Positions 1-9,963 of a DNA stretch of 31,381 nt are shown here, in pieces. Every line of letters begins with the position of its first letter. The stretch's first letter is position 1. Position numbers and translations under genes: made by a program. Where the stretch lies: positions 1 to 31,381 of IMG/VR virus record IMGVR_UViG_3300005836_000061, one strand, 5' to 3'. The DNA is from a virus (taxonomy: Duplodnaviria; Caudoviricetes). A model generated the notes under the pieces. The model searched no databases, was not told the origin of the DNA, and worked only from the letters and a program-made list of their open reading frames with translations.

Positions 1-345
1 TATGACCCTATGAATGATGTTTCATGGAATATCACTTGTCCACAATGTAATGGAGCATACTGGTTGGCTAATATAGAAAGTGAGGATATTCTGGCACGAG
101 TCCATTGGGTATCCAACGAAGGAATCACAGCAACTCCGGGTGGAAAATACTTCCTAGGAGATGCACAAATCACTGTTGACCCCTGCTATAAAGAATTACT
201 AGAGTCTGCTCAAAATGAGATGGGCAAGGTTGTAGTAGATGGTCAAGATATGCAAATACAAAGAATCAATCCAATGGGTGCACCAGAAATAAATAGAGTA
301 AGAGCAATCTTAAAGAGTATGGGTGGACGCCCTAATAACGATTAA
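1..345 (+). CDS. Putative head-closure/head-tail joining protein with a CxxC motif; probably 5'-truncated by the window
   Basis: The frame is open from base 1 (TAT GAC CCT ATG). The YDP...CPQCNG motif looks like the second half of a Zn-binding site. It lies upstream of the neck and tail genes and has a beta-rich C-terminus. Confidence 0.5.
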   Translation, partial: YDPMNDVSWNITCPQCNGAYWLANIESEDILARVHWVSNEGITATPGGKYFLGDAQITVDPCYKELLESAQNEMGKVVVDGQDMQIQRINPMGAPEINRVRAILKSMGGRPNND

Positions 346-363
346 GGAAAGGAGAAGGAAATC

Positions 364-636
364 ATGGGAGCATTATTCGCAGGAAACTTAGCAACATGCC
401 CAACATGTGGCTCACAGTTTGAACATAATAAAATCAATGGTGTAGCACTGGTGCAAGCAGTCAATGATATTGATGCAAGAAAAAGAATGCACGCAAGACT
501 AATCATAGATGGTTTAGAGCGACTAGATTTAGACCGGCCAGCATTCACAGCTATTCGAAAAGTAATCCTTGATGGTATAAATGATTTCAATAGGGACGTA
601 CAGACTATCTTAGGCTTAGATGATGATGTTGAATAG
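364..636 (+). CDS. Hypothetical phage protein (N-terminal CPTC, helical C-terminus)
   Basis: Purine-rich SD (AAGGAGAAGGAA) just upstream of the ATG; fits the + strand operon. Confidence 0.6.
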   Translation: MGALFAGNLATCPTCGSQFEHNKINGVALVQAVNDIDARKRMHARLIIDGLERLDLDRPAFTAIRKVILDGINDFNRDVQTILGLDDDVE

Positions 637-646
637 GTGAGTAAGT

Positions 647-1468
647 GTGGCAACACGATTTGAAGTCAATATTGACGCAATATTACAATCATCTGAGTAT
701 ATTGGGAGTGCTGGAAGACGCTTACATACATTAGATGTGGCTATGAACCTTATAGTAAAAACTGCAATGTCTGAAGTATTTACTGAGGCCATACGCGTTG
801 CTGACGAAGAAGATGGTTTTCCTATAGAGTTTCAAAATCATACCATGTCTGTAATTAATAAATTTGAAGGATTTACTATATCTCTTGATAATAATGTAGC
901 ATTTATTGGTGTAGATTTTGATGCACTTGGAACACAGGCCGACTTAATACAAGCATTTCATCAGGGTTCAAAACTTGCAGAAGGCGGCTTTCTGTGGGGT
1001 CCATATACAGGACAAGCACTTGCAACTGAGGAAGACCATTCCCCAGAAGAAAGACATGCTTTTTGGGAAGCTATTAGATTTGGCCATGATAAGGCAGTTC
1101 TTTTAAATGGTAAAACTATGCCAACTAATAAAGCTCCTTATCAGTGGGATGAAATAGTGAAACAGTATGTTCATATCTGGGGTCCAGATAAATGTCCTGA
1201 ATGGCTATTTATACAATATGGGCAGCGTGACTACGAGCCAACTGTTCCTGACTATGATATAGAAACAGAAGTAGGTAATAAATTAAATGAATTAGCAGAA
1301 ACGCTACTAGTTGAATTTGTTGAAGGGCAAGTTGAAATTGCCAATCTATATGAATCTGCTGGAATAAATATAGGATTTACTAAACGAGGTCAGCCTAGAT
1401 TAAGTGGGGGACAGCGTATAGGACTACTAGGCAAAGAACGATTAGGTGGACAATTTCTCCCATATTAA
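647..1468 (+). CDS. Putative neck/tail-completion protein
   Basis: 273-aa ORF with a GTG start after TAGGTGA. Call is by position between the head-closure and tail-terminator genes only. Confidence 0.4.
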   Translation: MATRFEVNIDAILQSSEYIGSAGRRLHTLDVAMNLIVKTAMSEVFTEAIRVADEEDGFPIEFQNHTMSVINKFEGFTISLDNNVAFIGVDFDALGTQADLIQAFHQGSKLAEGGFLWGPYTGQALATEEDHSPEERHAFWEAIRFGHDKAVLLNGKTMPTNKAPYQWDEIVKQYVHIWGPDKCPEWLFIQYGQRDYEPTVPDYDIETEVGNKLNELAETLLVEFVEGQVEIANLYESAGINIGFTKRGQPRLSGGQRIGLLGKERLGGQFLPY

Positions 1469-1485
1469 ATTAAGGATGGTGTATT

Positions 1486-1944
1486 ATGGCTGAAGGCAGA
1501 GTAAGATATGAGCAGCGTAGTACACTGCTAGCCTTAGAAACATATCTAACAACTAAGGGTTGGACAGGTATTACGTATACTGATGGCTATCAGGGAGATA
1601 AGACCATCACCAATCCTCATGTGGCGGTAACTTTTCCTCCAAGTTCTATAAAAGAATTAGAGCTAGGAAGGGTGGGGGGAAAGTTATTTAATAGACGAAT
1701 ACTCATAGATGCTTATATGGAAAATGAGCCGAGAGCACAGACTATCATAGATGATATTATGGACTTCATGGATGAAGCATGTATTGAAATCGTAGACCCT
1801 TCAGGTAATACGCTAGGAACATTAATCTGCTCTAATTCTGAAGCAATTCGTGCAGAAGTATTCCCTCCAATCATGGGAAATCCTAAGTTAGCCCGGTGGC
1901 GTGGTGCAGCACAGGGACCATTTGATGCATTTTACCCTGCGTAA
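1486..1944 (+). CDS. Tail terminator/completion protein (SPP1 gp17/lambda gpU-like)
   Basis: 152 aa, directly before the tail tube gene. The pattern NPHVAVTF...ELELG...RRILIDAYME...AQTIIDDIMDFM is typical of terminator proteins. Confidence 0.65.
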   Translation: MAEGRVRYEQRSTLLALETYLTTKGWTGITYTDGYQGDKTITNPHVAVTFPPSSIKELELGRVGGKLFNRRILIDAYMENEPRAQTIIDDIMDFMDEACIEIVDPSGNTLGTLICSNSEAIRAEVFPPIMGNPKLARWRGAAQGPFDAFYPA

Positions 1945-2094
1945 CGCCCCAAAACAGTTTAATATTGGTATTACTATATAGGGTACATATAGTTGGCTTC
2001 TTCAATAGAAATAAATTCGGGTGGAAGCAAGCAAAAAAAGGATAGGATAAGGATAAAAGTATTAAAATTTACTTAAATAAAGGAGGGATTTCCT

Positions 2095-3288
2095 TTGGCA
2101 AGACGAGCTAGAATTCATTCTAGAGATATACAGCCACTAATTGCGGCACCAAAGGGACTATTTGCTGCTGCCCGAGTTCAGCGATTGGATTTTCCATTAA
2201 CAATCAATACAACAAATATTGACGAATTAGGAAACAGATTGCACGTTGGTACAACATCAGATATTCCACAGGTTACAGTAACACTAGAAGCCTTTGACGT
2301 AAGCCACAACACGTTTGCTTATTTGACAGGATATACACCGGGAACATTCCCAGTATCAGGTGCTTCTATTACTGAATTGAAGAACATTGACGTTATCGGT
2401 TCCATTAGAGAGAATTGTGGAGACACAGTTGCTTCTGCTATCTATGTTAAGAGAGGTATCGTTACAGCAATGGCCGCATCATTCGGTGTGCAGGCTAACT
2501 CTACTGTAACATATACTGTTAACTCTAACAGTAAGAAAGCATTCAGACAGCCAGTTTACTATGATTCATTTACAGCCTCAGGTACTCAGTCAACATTCTC
2601 ACTGTCACAAACACCAACTTATCTAACTAGAACTTCTGGTTATGTAATTGATGCTTATGTAACAGCGGGCTCATGCACAACTAACTATCTAACAGAAGGA
2701 ACAGACTTTACCGTTAATGGTACAACTGTCACACTTAGTGGCATTACAGTTGCTACAGGCGACTCTTTCTGGTTTACATATACAAACCCAGCATCTTCAA
2801 CATTCCAAGCTCTAGATACTGCTGCACCAGCAGCTATTCAGGGCAAGTATGTTCCAGTATCAATATCTGTTAACAGTATTCCGAGAGTACAAAGCGCCAC
2901 AATCAACGCTTCGTTCGGTTCTGAGCAGATACTTGAAATGGGTGGATTAGGCAAGCCAGTTGGATACGAGATTAACGTACCTGACGTAACAGGTGATATA
3001 TCTGTTCTAAAGACAGACAATGACCTATTAGCTATACTTGAAGGAGTTTCAAATACTACAGTTGAAAACGATATTGAGTATGCACTAACTTCACTGCCAC
3101 TAAAGGTGCAGTTGAAAGACCCAAGCAATCCTGCCAGAGTTGTTCTTACGTACTACGTACCAAGCATTACAGTTACAGCGCAGGGAGACGCATCAACAGT
3201 TAATACATCTATTGCAGAAACATTCTCATGGAAGTCAACAACAGGAGAACTATTCGTTGCTTCTGGTGCTGGACCAGCGGGATGGTAA
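2095..3288 (+). CDS. Major tail tube protein with two tube-like halves and a central Ig-like insertion
   Basis: TTG start with SD AAGGAGG at 2080-2086. Thr/Ser/Val-rich, lies before the chaperone and tape measure genes, and is followed by a terminator. The RVQ...ELG/EMG...P-x-VT motif occurs twice. Confidence 0.8.
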   Translation: MARRARIHSRDIQPLIAAPKGLFAAARVQRLDFPLTINTTNIDELGNRLHVGTTSDIPQVTVTLEAFDVSHNTFAYLTGYTPGTFPVSGASITELKNIDVIGSIRENCGDTVASAIYVKRGIVTAMAASFGVQANSTVTYTVNSNSKKAFRQPVYYDSFTASGTQSTFSLSQTPTYLTRTSGYVIDAYVTAGSCTTNYLTEGTDFTVNGTTVTLSGITVATGDSFWFTYTNPASSTFQALDTAAPAAIQGKYVPVSISVNSIPRVQSATINASFGSEQILEMGGLGKPVGYEINVPDVTGDISVLKTDNDLLAILEGVSNTTVENDIEYALTSLPLKVQLKDPSNPARVVLTYYVPSITVTAQGDASTVNTSIAETFSWKSTTGELFVASGAGPAGW

Positions 3289-3327
3289 ATCGAAAGATGT
3301 TATAGGAGCTACTTAGTGTAGCAATAA

Positions 3328-3367
3328 GGGAAGAGTGCTATCCACTGCGCTCTTCCCTGCTTTTTTT
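3328..3367 (+). terminator. Rho-independent terminator after the major tail gene
   Basis: Stem GGGAAGAGTGC / GCGCTCTTCCC (one G-U pair), then TGC and a run of 7 T. Confidence 0.8.
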
Positions 3368-3390
3368 ATTGGAAATTAAAGGAGAAGGAA

Positions 3391-4104
3391 ATGGGAAGTC
3401 TAAGTGATTTATTCAAGTACAAGAAACAAATTGATATAATTGACCCTGATACGGGAGAGGTTGTACAGAAGCCTTGGGTACGAGTTTTAGGTGATGATGA
3501 TTTAAAAGAAGCATATCGTTGGTCCCGCATAGCATCTTCAGAAAAACGGGCAAAATTAAGGGATATAGGAAGTGTAGAATACAGAGATGAGATAGCACAA
3601 TTAGATGGTGTTCCAAAGGAAAATCTAATTGCCATCATTCTTGCTGCCCGTGAGCAAGAATTTTCTAATGAGGCAAATATAACAGTAGTTAGAAAAGACC
3701 TTCCTAAATTAGAGGATATAACTGAGCGCCCTGATGCTCCAAGTTTAGAGGACCAAGAAAAATTAGATAGACTTAGTGCAGAGATAGATGCTGAATATAC
3801 TACTGAAATACAAGAATATATTAATACTAAATTAGAAGAAGTTGGTAATATTCTTTTAGATAAGCCTGATGATGAAGTAATAAGTCTAGCAAAAAGTGAC
3901 TTAGCAAATATTCAGGCACTTGATGCTTTTGTTTCAGAATTAAATGACCAAAAAGGCTATAGAGGAACATATGACGATAAAGAATGTAGAAATCATTCCT
4001 TTGATTCAGTAGAAGAATTCAAAAGTTCTTCAAGTCTTTTAAAGTCTCAAATTATATCTGCATATTTAGAATTAGAAATGGGGTCAGATAAAGTAAAAAA
4101 ATAG
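3391..4104 (+). CDS. Tail assembly chaperone (gpG-like)
   Basis: Acidic helical protein between the tube and tape measure genes. It ends GTA AAA AAA TAG on a slippery heptamer. Confidence 0.8.
   Translation: MGSLSDLFKYKKQIDIIDPDTGEVVQKPWVRVLGDDDLKEAYRWSRIASSEKRAKLRDIGSVEYRDEIAQLDGVPKENLIAIILAAREQEFSNEANITVVRKDLPKLEDITERPDAPSLEDQEKLDRLSAEIDAEYTTEIQEYINTKLEEVGNILLDKPDDEVISLAKSDLANIQALDAFVSELNDQKGYRGTYDDKECRNHSFDSVEEFKSSSSLLKSQIISAYLELEMGSDKVKK
4095..4101 (+). other. Programmed -1 ribosomal frameshift site A AAA AAA
   Basis: The heptamer sits just before the TAG at 4102. The -1 frame (ATA GCA GAG GAA GGT TCT TGG GGA GTG...) is open into ORF 4125..4397. Confidence 0.85.
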
Positions 4105-4397
4105 CAGAGGAAGGTTCTTGGGGAGTGGCACTAGCGTTACATAAAACAATAGGTGTTCCTCTCGCTGAAGATATAGAAACAGCTACAGACCTTCCACACA
4201 CTTTATCATTTGCTATCTTATACAGAGATAGAATAGATTCATTTAATGAACTGCCTAAAGATAAAAGACCACCCCGGAATCTCTGGGATAAGCCGTATGA
4301 ATTAGAAAAGTTTTTTGACGCTATTTGGGGAGATAAAGAATCAGGAAAGGATACAGGACAAGACTTCTATGATATAGATGAGTCTGATGTGGAGTGA
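4101..4397 (+). CDS. C-terminal part of the frameshifted tail assembly chaperone (gpGT-like)
   Basis: The -1 frame is open from the slippery site to the TGA at 4397, immediately before the tape measure gene. This is the canonical lambda G/GT arrangement. Confidence 0.75.
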   Translation: MAEEGSWGVALALHKTIGVPLAEDIETATDLPHTLSFAILYRDRIDSFNELPKDKRPPRNLWDKPYELEKFFDAIWGDKESGKDTGQDFYDIDESDVE

Positions 4398-4404
4398 TAA
4401 ATAA

Positions 4405-7400
4405 TTGGTTGACTATCGAGTAACGTTTAAGGGTGACTTAGGCAATCTAGCACAATTTGATACTGCTATTAGAAATAGTGTACAACAAAGTGCTAGAGCA
4501 ATCGAACAAGCAAACAAGTCTTTGCTTGCACAAGTAGGGAATATCTCGGGTATCTTCAATCCACAGACTAGCGGTGCTGGACTATTCGTTAGTAAATTAA
4601 ATACACAAATTGATGGTGTAAATAGAACTCTTATTCATTCTGGCGAGATAGTAAGAAGAGTAACAGCAGATTATGAACTAGCTGTTAATTCCGCAGGAAG
4701 ATTATCAGTTAAACCTATATTTGCAGATGTATATAAGTCTCCGTATACAAAAATTATTGGAGACTTAGACAAGATTGAAGCTGCTCAGGCAAAACAAGGT
4801 CCAATAGAGCAAAAAATACTTGCTGATAGAGAGGCATCGTTAGCAAGAACTATTCCCTTAGAAGAAAGAGTATTAGCACTACAAGAGTTACAAGGTGCAC
4901 AGTTAGCAAAAAGAAAATCTGCTATTACTACTACTGGTATATATACTACACCCGTACAAAACCAACTAAATAAAGCTATAAAAGAACAAGCACTAATACC
5001 TCCAACTGATACAGCAGCACTAGCCGCAGGTAGCAAAAATATTGCTAACTTACGTTATGAACTTGCCCAGATAAAGGCAAGTGGTGCAGCAGCATTAGCA
5101 CCTATAGATTCAGAAATACTAAAAATTAATGCTGAAATAGATGCTTTAGGAATAAAAATAGCAAGGATAGGTACAGCACAAGAAATTAGAGCGGCTAGAC
5201 TTCGAAGTACAAGTCCTGCCTATGACCAGCAATTAACTACTAGTGGTCTACCAAATTCTAAATTACAAGCAAAAATACTTGAAGATACCCAGCAAACTCT
5301 TCAAAAAATTATACCTCTACAAGAAAAAATTGTAGGATTATACCAGAAAGAATCTGAAATAAATGCCAGAAGAGCGGCACAAGTAAAAGAAACTCAGGCT
5401 AAAACTGCTCCTTTAGAATCTCAGATAAGCCAGCTTCAAACAGCACGGACTGCTATAGACCCAACTGATACAGCAGCACTAAGAACAAATCAGCGTCAGA
5501 TAAATAGTCTCACAAAACAACTAGGTGTATTAAATAAAGAGGGTGCTGCGGCTTTAAAACCCTTTGATGCGGAATTAAAAGTAGTAGATAAAGATATAGC
5601 ACGTACAACACTAGCAGCAGAGAGATTAAATACTGCATTAGCGAAAAGAACTTATTCTACTGCAAGCAAGATTACACCACCTGCTGGTCCTGTATATGGT
5701 CCTCCTGTACCGGGAGAACTTACACAAGCATATGAAAGCACGCCTCCAATACAGGCGCAATTAGCAAATGTTTCTAAAACTTCACCAGAACTTCTTAAAA
5801 GACTTCAGAGAGAGGGCTTAGGCGGGGGATACCAAGCTGGTACTGAGGAATTTAAAAAAGCTTTAGCTCAACAAGAGGCAGCAGTTACACACTATACTGA
5901 AAATATTAGAACAGGTACTAAATTAGTACGGGGTTCATGGATTGATAATGTAGGAGTAGGAGCAACAGGAGTTGCAAAAGAGTTCTCAATAGAGTTGGAT
6001 AAGCAGGGTAAAGTTATCGGACGATGGGGAGGACAACTTGCAGGAGCGAGCCAATTCCTACGTCAGACAGTTAGAGACTTTACAAAAGTTATTGAATGGA
6101 CAGTTGCGACCACAGCAGTTTTCGGTACCTTGGCAACAGTTGTAGGACAACTAAAGACAATCAATGAATTAAATAGCTCACTCGCTCACCTTGCTATCAC
6201 TGCTCAAACTTCAGTTGGTGATACTGCAAAATTATTCTCTGCTTTAGGACAAGTTGCTGTGCAAACAGCTACACCATTAAATGAATTAGTGAAGGTAGCC
6301 GATGACATCGCACTAGCTACAAAGCAAGCAGGAGATTCTACACAGGAGTGGCAGGGTAAAATTATAGATTTAACACGAGCAGTAGGTATTTTTACGAACC
6401 TAGCCGGTGTTGATACAGTACAAGCTGCTGACCAGTTAAGTGCTGCATTTAAGCAGTTAGGAATTGCTCCAAGTGAACTAGTTGGAGTCCTAAGTAAAGT
6501 TACTGCTGTGGCAGGGGGACAATCAACAGCAATTGCTGATATCGTTAAGGGTTTGAGCAGTGTATCCGAGGCGGCAAAGGCCGCTGGTCTTTCATTAGAC
6601 GAACAGATATCATCAATTCAGGTTCTATCACAGGTTACAAATAAATCATCTGATGAGATTGCTACCTCATTCAAGAACCTATTTGGCAGTGTTAGTTCAG
6701 TAGGCTCTGAGAAGATACTTAAAGAGTTTGGTATCAATATTCGTGATGCCCAAGGCGGAATGAGAGGCTTCCTAGACATATATCGAGATGTTAAACAGGC
6801 ACTAGACTCAGGAGTAATTCCCCAGAATAGATTATCTGATGTTTTACGAGGCATTGCTGGTGGTCCAAGACGGGCACCAGATGCGGCAGCCTTGCTAGAG
6901 AATATTGGTAGAATTGATGCAACAGTAGGCACAAGTATAAATGCTACAAATGAAGCACTAATTGCCAATGCAAAAATATTAGATACCAATACTGCTAAGA
7001 TACAACAGTTTAAAAACTCTGTAGATATTGTAGTGTTTGAGAAATTTGGTAAGGTTGTTCAAGATTTAATTAGTACTCTAACAGATTTTGGTAATGTTTT
7101 ATTAGGAATTTTGAAGGCTCCTAATGCAGCGTTCTATTCCCTAATTGTTAATTTAGGCGCTATACTACTTCTAATGAAGGGCTTTGGTGCAGTTATTAGA
7201 ACATTGGGAATTGATAGTCTATCTGCGAGCGTCCTAAAATTATCTACGTCTTTTAAAACTCTTGCTATTTCATCATCATCAGCGGCGACAGCACTTCCTG
7301 CTGCAACTGGCCCCGGAACAGTTATACCACTAGGGCCGGGAGCTGGACCCGGAGGTATTAGAGGGCTGCTTAGTAAATTTGGAGGAAACAAGGCTCTAAT

Positions 7401-9951
7401 TGCAGGAGCATTAACAGCAGGAGCGGTTGGTGCTGCAAGTATTGCACAAGGTGGAATAAATGCTGGCACAGTAGGAACTGTGACACAGATGGCAGGAGCA
7501 CTCGCTTTGACTTTAGGAGTATCAGCACCTTTAGGAGTAGCTTTATTAGGGCTAGGAACAGTACTACAACTAGTCTCTAATGATTCTACTGCTGTTGCTG
7601 AATCCCAGAAAGATTTACGCTCTTCATTACTCACAGGTATAGATACTCTTAAAGCAGCGCAGTATGAAACAAATAACTTAGTAAAGGCGCAAGAAGATGC
7701 TGAAAAAGTAGTAACCAGATTACAAGAAAAAGGGAAATTAACATCTTCTGAACAGGCACAATTAACTACCGCCACTAAAGATTATGTTAATGCAGCCATT
7801 ACATTAATAGATGCAAATTCTAAAGTATCTGATTCTTTTAATGATGTTCTAGATAAAATTCAGAAATTAAACGGAGTAGATTATTCACACTTTAAGGATA
7901 TTGCAGCGGGATTAAATCCTGATAGTCCAGAGATTCAGAAATTACGACAGCAATTAATAGAAGATTTACTTAAAAGTACTGGACAATCTATTTATTCAGG
8001 AAAGACACTTACTCCAAGTAGTACATTTGTACCCTTTACCGATAACGGTACATCTACCCTTGCAAGAAGTAAGGGAGGTTTATACGGAAACTATGATATC
8101 TCTAGACTTTCAACAAATCCGGGGGAACTAAAGCAACTATTTAACGGAGATGGTACCCCCAATTATACTATCCCTGAAAATAAAGTTTCATTAACTTATT
8201 TACAGGAAGCATTAACTCAGGTATCTACAGACCTTAATAAATATGGTGTATCTCAGGACCAGTTTGATATGCTGACTAAGGCTATTAATAATTTAGCAGA
8301 AACATCTTCAACCTCTGCACAAAATGCTGCAATTGTACAACAAACTAATGCCCAAGTTCAAGCTAATAGTATCCTAGGAATATTTAATGCAGACCAAACA
8401 AAAAATGCTAATACAGATGTTACATTGCTAGGTAAAATACAGAAAGCACAAGAAGGCGTGCCTACTACATATAGCCCAACTGGTTCCGCCGTTACAACCC
8501 CAGAAGTTGATGCACTTCAAAAGCAGTTTGTTGAGATAAAAAAAGCCGCAGAACAGGGATTAACAGTTCCAAATGCAACTCTTAAATCTATAGCTACAAA
8601 TATACTTTCTGTTACTAAAGGTGGGGCAGGATTTGCATCAAAATTAGAAGAGATAGGTTCTAAAGGTAAAGAGGCACTTGATTTAGGCATATATAGCTAC
8701 TTAAAAAATGCAGGAGTATCACAAGAACAACTTAATTCTTACGCTGCCCAATATAAACTTAATCTACAAGCAATTGCTGATATTATTCCTGAAATATCTC
8801 AGGCATTCGAAGATGCAAGAAAAGCAGCACAGACATCTTTTGCTGACCGTTCATTGCAACTATTAATACAGAAAAACAGCGGGCAATTTAAAGGAAATGA
8901 ATCAGGGTATAAAGAATTAACAGATATAAATAATGAGGCATTAAAATCTAATAATAAATTAATTGATAGTGTAGAAAAAATGTCTGGAACAGCCTTAGTT
9001 GAATTTAATAATGCTCTAACAGGTATTATTGGCCTTCAAGGAGATTATATTACCGGGAACGAGGATTGGCTGAATCAAAGTGGAGAACTAGAAAAGCATG
9101 TTACTTCTCTTACATCTAAGCTTATATCTAATGCAGAGGCAGCGGGTGTAAATGCCTCTGGATTAGCACAAATAAGAATAGAAGCAGAAAAATTAGTAGC
9201 TATTTCTGCACTTATAGATTCTTATCATGAAATAATTATTCATGTTAAAACAGTATATGAGAATATAGGTAATAATCCTGCGACAGCTTATCTATCTGCT
9301 GCGGCAGCACAAGTCCTTACTGATTCATCTAATAAGGCAAAATCACAGCTATCTGATGCAGAAAAACAATTAAAAGCAGTACAAAAAATTATTAATCAAA
9401 TAAATGCAAGTGGGAAGGGAAGTAATATTGGTGGCAGTAGTAAAAGCAGTGGCAGTAGTGGTAAAACAGGTCCAAATGTTTCTACATTGGATATCCCTGA
9501 TGAGGTTGCAAGTGCTACAAATAGGTCTGCACTTTTACAAGAGGCTATCAAGAGAGCAAGAGCTTTGCAGTCCCAAATACCCGGTGCAACAAAAGATGCT
9601 AAGAATGATGTTGTTGAATTACTAAAGGGAACTCAGAGAATACTAGAGGTACGTGGAGTAAAGGATGATTATCTGAGAAAAGCCCTAGAAGAATTAGCAG
9701 CAATAGAAAAGAAGAGATTAGATTTTGAAACTAAGGCAGATACTATTAGACGTATCCGTGTTGGTGCAGGAGATTTCTCTGCTATTGCTAATGTTCCAGT
9801 TAATTCACAGACCGGAGTTAGTCTTGGCGGGCCACAAGGTCCAGTTAATATAACTCTAAATCTTAATGGTACTATTTTAACGCCAGCACAACTGGCGCAG
9901 TTTGGAGATTTAATTGCTGCTAGTTTGAAACGGCAGATAGCGAATGGATAA
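4405..9951 (+). CDS. Tape measure protein (1848 aa)
   Basis: Longest ORF, after the G/GT pair, Ala/Gln/Leu-rich and helical. It has a TP901-type core (AADQLSAAFKQ...VLSKVTAVAG...AKAAGLSLDEQIS...SSDEIATSFKNLF) and hydrophobic Gly/Ala segments at about 7130-7580. Confidence 0.93.
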   Translation: MVDYRVTFKGDLGNLAQFDTAIRNSVQQSARAIEQANKSLLAQVGNISGIFNPQTSGAGLFVSKLNTQIDGVNRTLIHSGEIVRRVTADYELAVNSAGRLSVKPIFADVYKSPYTKIIGDLDKIEAAQAKQGPIEQKILADREASLARTIPLEERVLALQELQGAQLAKRKSAITTTGIYTTPVQNQLNKAIKEQALIPPTDTAALAAGSKNIANLRYELAQIKASGAAALAPIDSEILKINAEIDALGIKIARIGTAQEIRAARLRSTSPAYDQQLTTSGLPNSKLQAKILEDTQQTLQKIIPLQEKIVGLYQKESEINARRAAQVKETQAKTAPLESQISQLQTARTAIDPTDTAALRTNQRQINSLTKQLGVLNKEGAAALKPFDAELKVVDKDIARTTLAAERLNTALAKRTYSTASKITPPAGPVYGPPVPGELTQAYESTPPIQAQLANVSKTSPELLKRLQREGLGGGYQAGTEEFKKALAQQEAAVTHYTENIRTGTKLVRGSWIDNVGVGATGVAKEFSIELDKQGKVIGRWGGQLAGASQFLRQTVRDFTKVIEWTVATTAVFGTLATVVGQLKTINELNSSLAHLAITAQTSVGDTAKLFSALGQVAVQTATPLNELVKVADDIALATKQAGDSTQEWQGKIIDLTRAVGIFTNLAGVDTVQAADQLSAAFKQLGIAPSELVGVLSKVTAVAGGQSTAIADIVKGLSSVSEAAKAAGLSLDEQISSIQVLSQVTNKSSDEIATSFKNLFGSVSSVGSEKILKEFGINIRDAQGGMRGFLDIYRDVKQALDSGVIPQNRLSDVLRGIAGGPRRAPDAAALLENIGRIDATVGTSINATNEALIANAKILDTNTAKIQQFKNSVDIVVFEKFGKVVQDLISTLTDFGNVLLGILKAPNAAFYSLIVNLGAILLLMKGFGAVIRTLGIDSLSASVLKLSTSFKTLAISSSSAATALPAATGPGTVIPLGPGAGPGGIRGLLSKFGGNKALIAGALTAGAVGAASIAQGGINAGTVGTVTQMAGALALTLGVSAPLGVALLGLGTVLQLVSNDSTAVAESQKDLRSSLLTGIDTLKAAQYETNNLVKAQEDAEKVVTRLQEKGKLTSSEQAQLTTATKDYVNAAITLIDANSKVSDSFNDVLDKIQKLNGVDYSHFKDIAAGLNPDSPEIQKLRQQLIEDLLKSTGQSIYSGKTLTPSSTFVPFTDNGTSTLARSKGGLYGNYDISRLSTNPGELKQLFNGDGTPNYTIPENKVSLTYLQEALTQVSTDLNKYGVSQDQFDMLTKAINNLAETSSTSAQNAAIVQQTNAQVQANSILGIFNADQTKNANTDVTLLGKIQKAQEGVPTTYSPTGSAVTTPEVDALQKQFVEIKKAAEQGLTVPNATLKSIATNILSVTKGGAGFASKLEEIGSKGKEALDLGIYSYLKNAGVSQEQLNSYAAQYKLNLQAIADIIPEISQAFEDARKAAQTSFADRSLQLLIQKNSGQFKGNESGYKELTDINNEALKSNNKLIDSVEKMSGTALVEFNNALTGIIGLQGDYITGNEDWLNQSGELEKHVTSLTSKLISNAEAAGVNASGLAQIRIEAEKLVAISALIDSYHEIIIHVKTVYENIGNNPATAYLSAAAAQVLTDSSNKAKSQLSDAEKQLKAVQKIINQINASGKGSNIGGSSKSSGSSGKTGPNVSTLDIPDEVASATNRSALLQEAIKRARALQSQIPGATKDAKNDVVELLKGTQRILEVRGVKDDYLRKALEELAAIEKKRLDFETKADTIRRIRVGAGDFSAIANVPVNSQTGVSLGGPQGPVNITLNLNGTILTPAQLAQFGDLIAASLKRQIANG
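4813..5730 (+). repeat. About 153-aa (459-bp) tandem duplication in the tape measure N-terminus
   Basis: The exact 21-mer CCAACTGATACAGCAGCACTA occurs at 5002 and 5461. KIL...IPL(E/Q)E...PTDTAAL...GAAAL(A/K)P(I/F)D(S/A)E repeats at the same 459-bp offset. Confidence 0.85.
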
Positions 9952-9963
9952 GGAGGAAATTAA

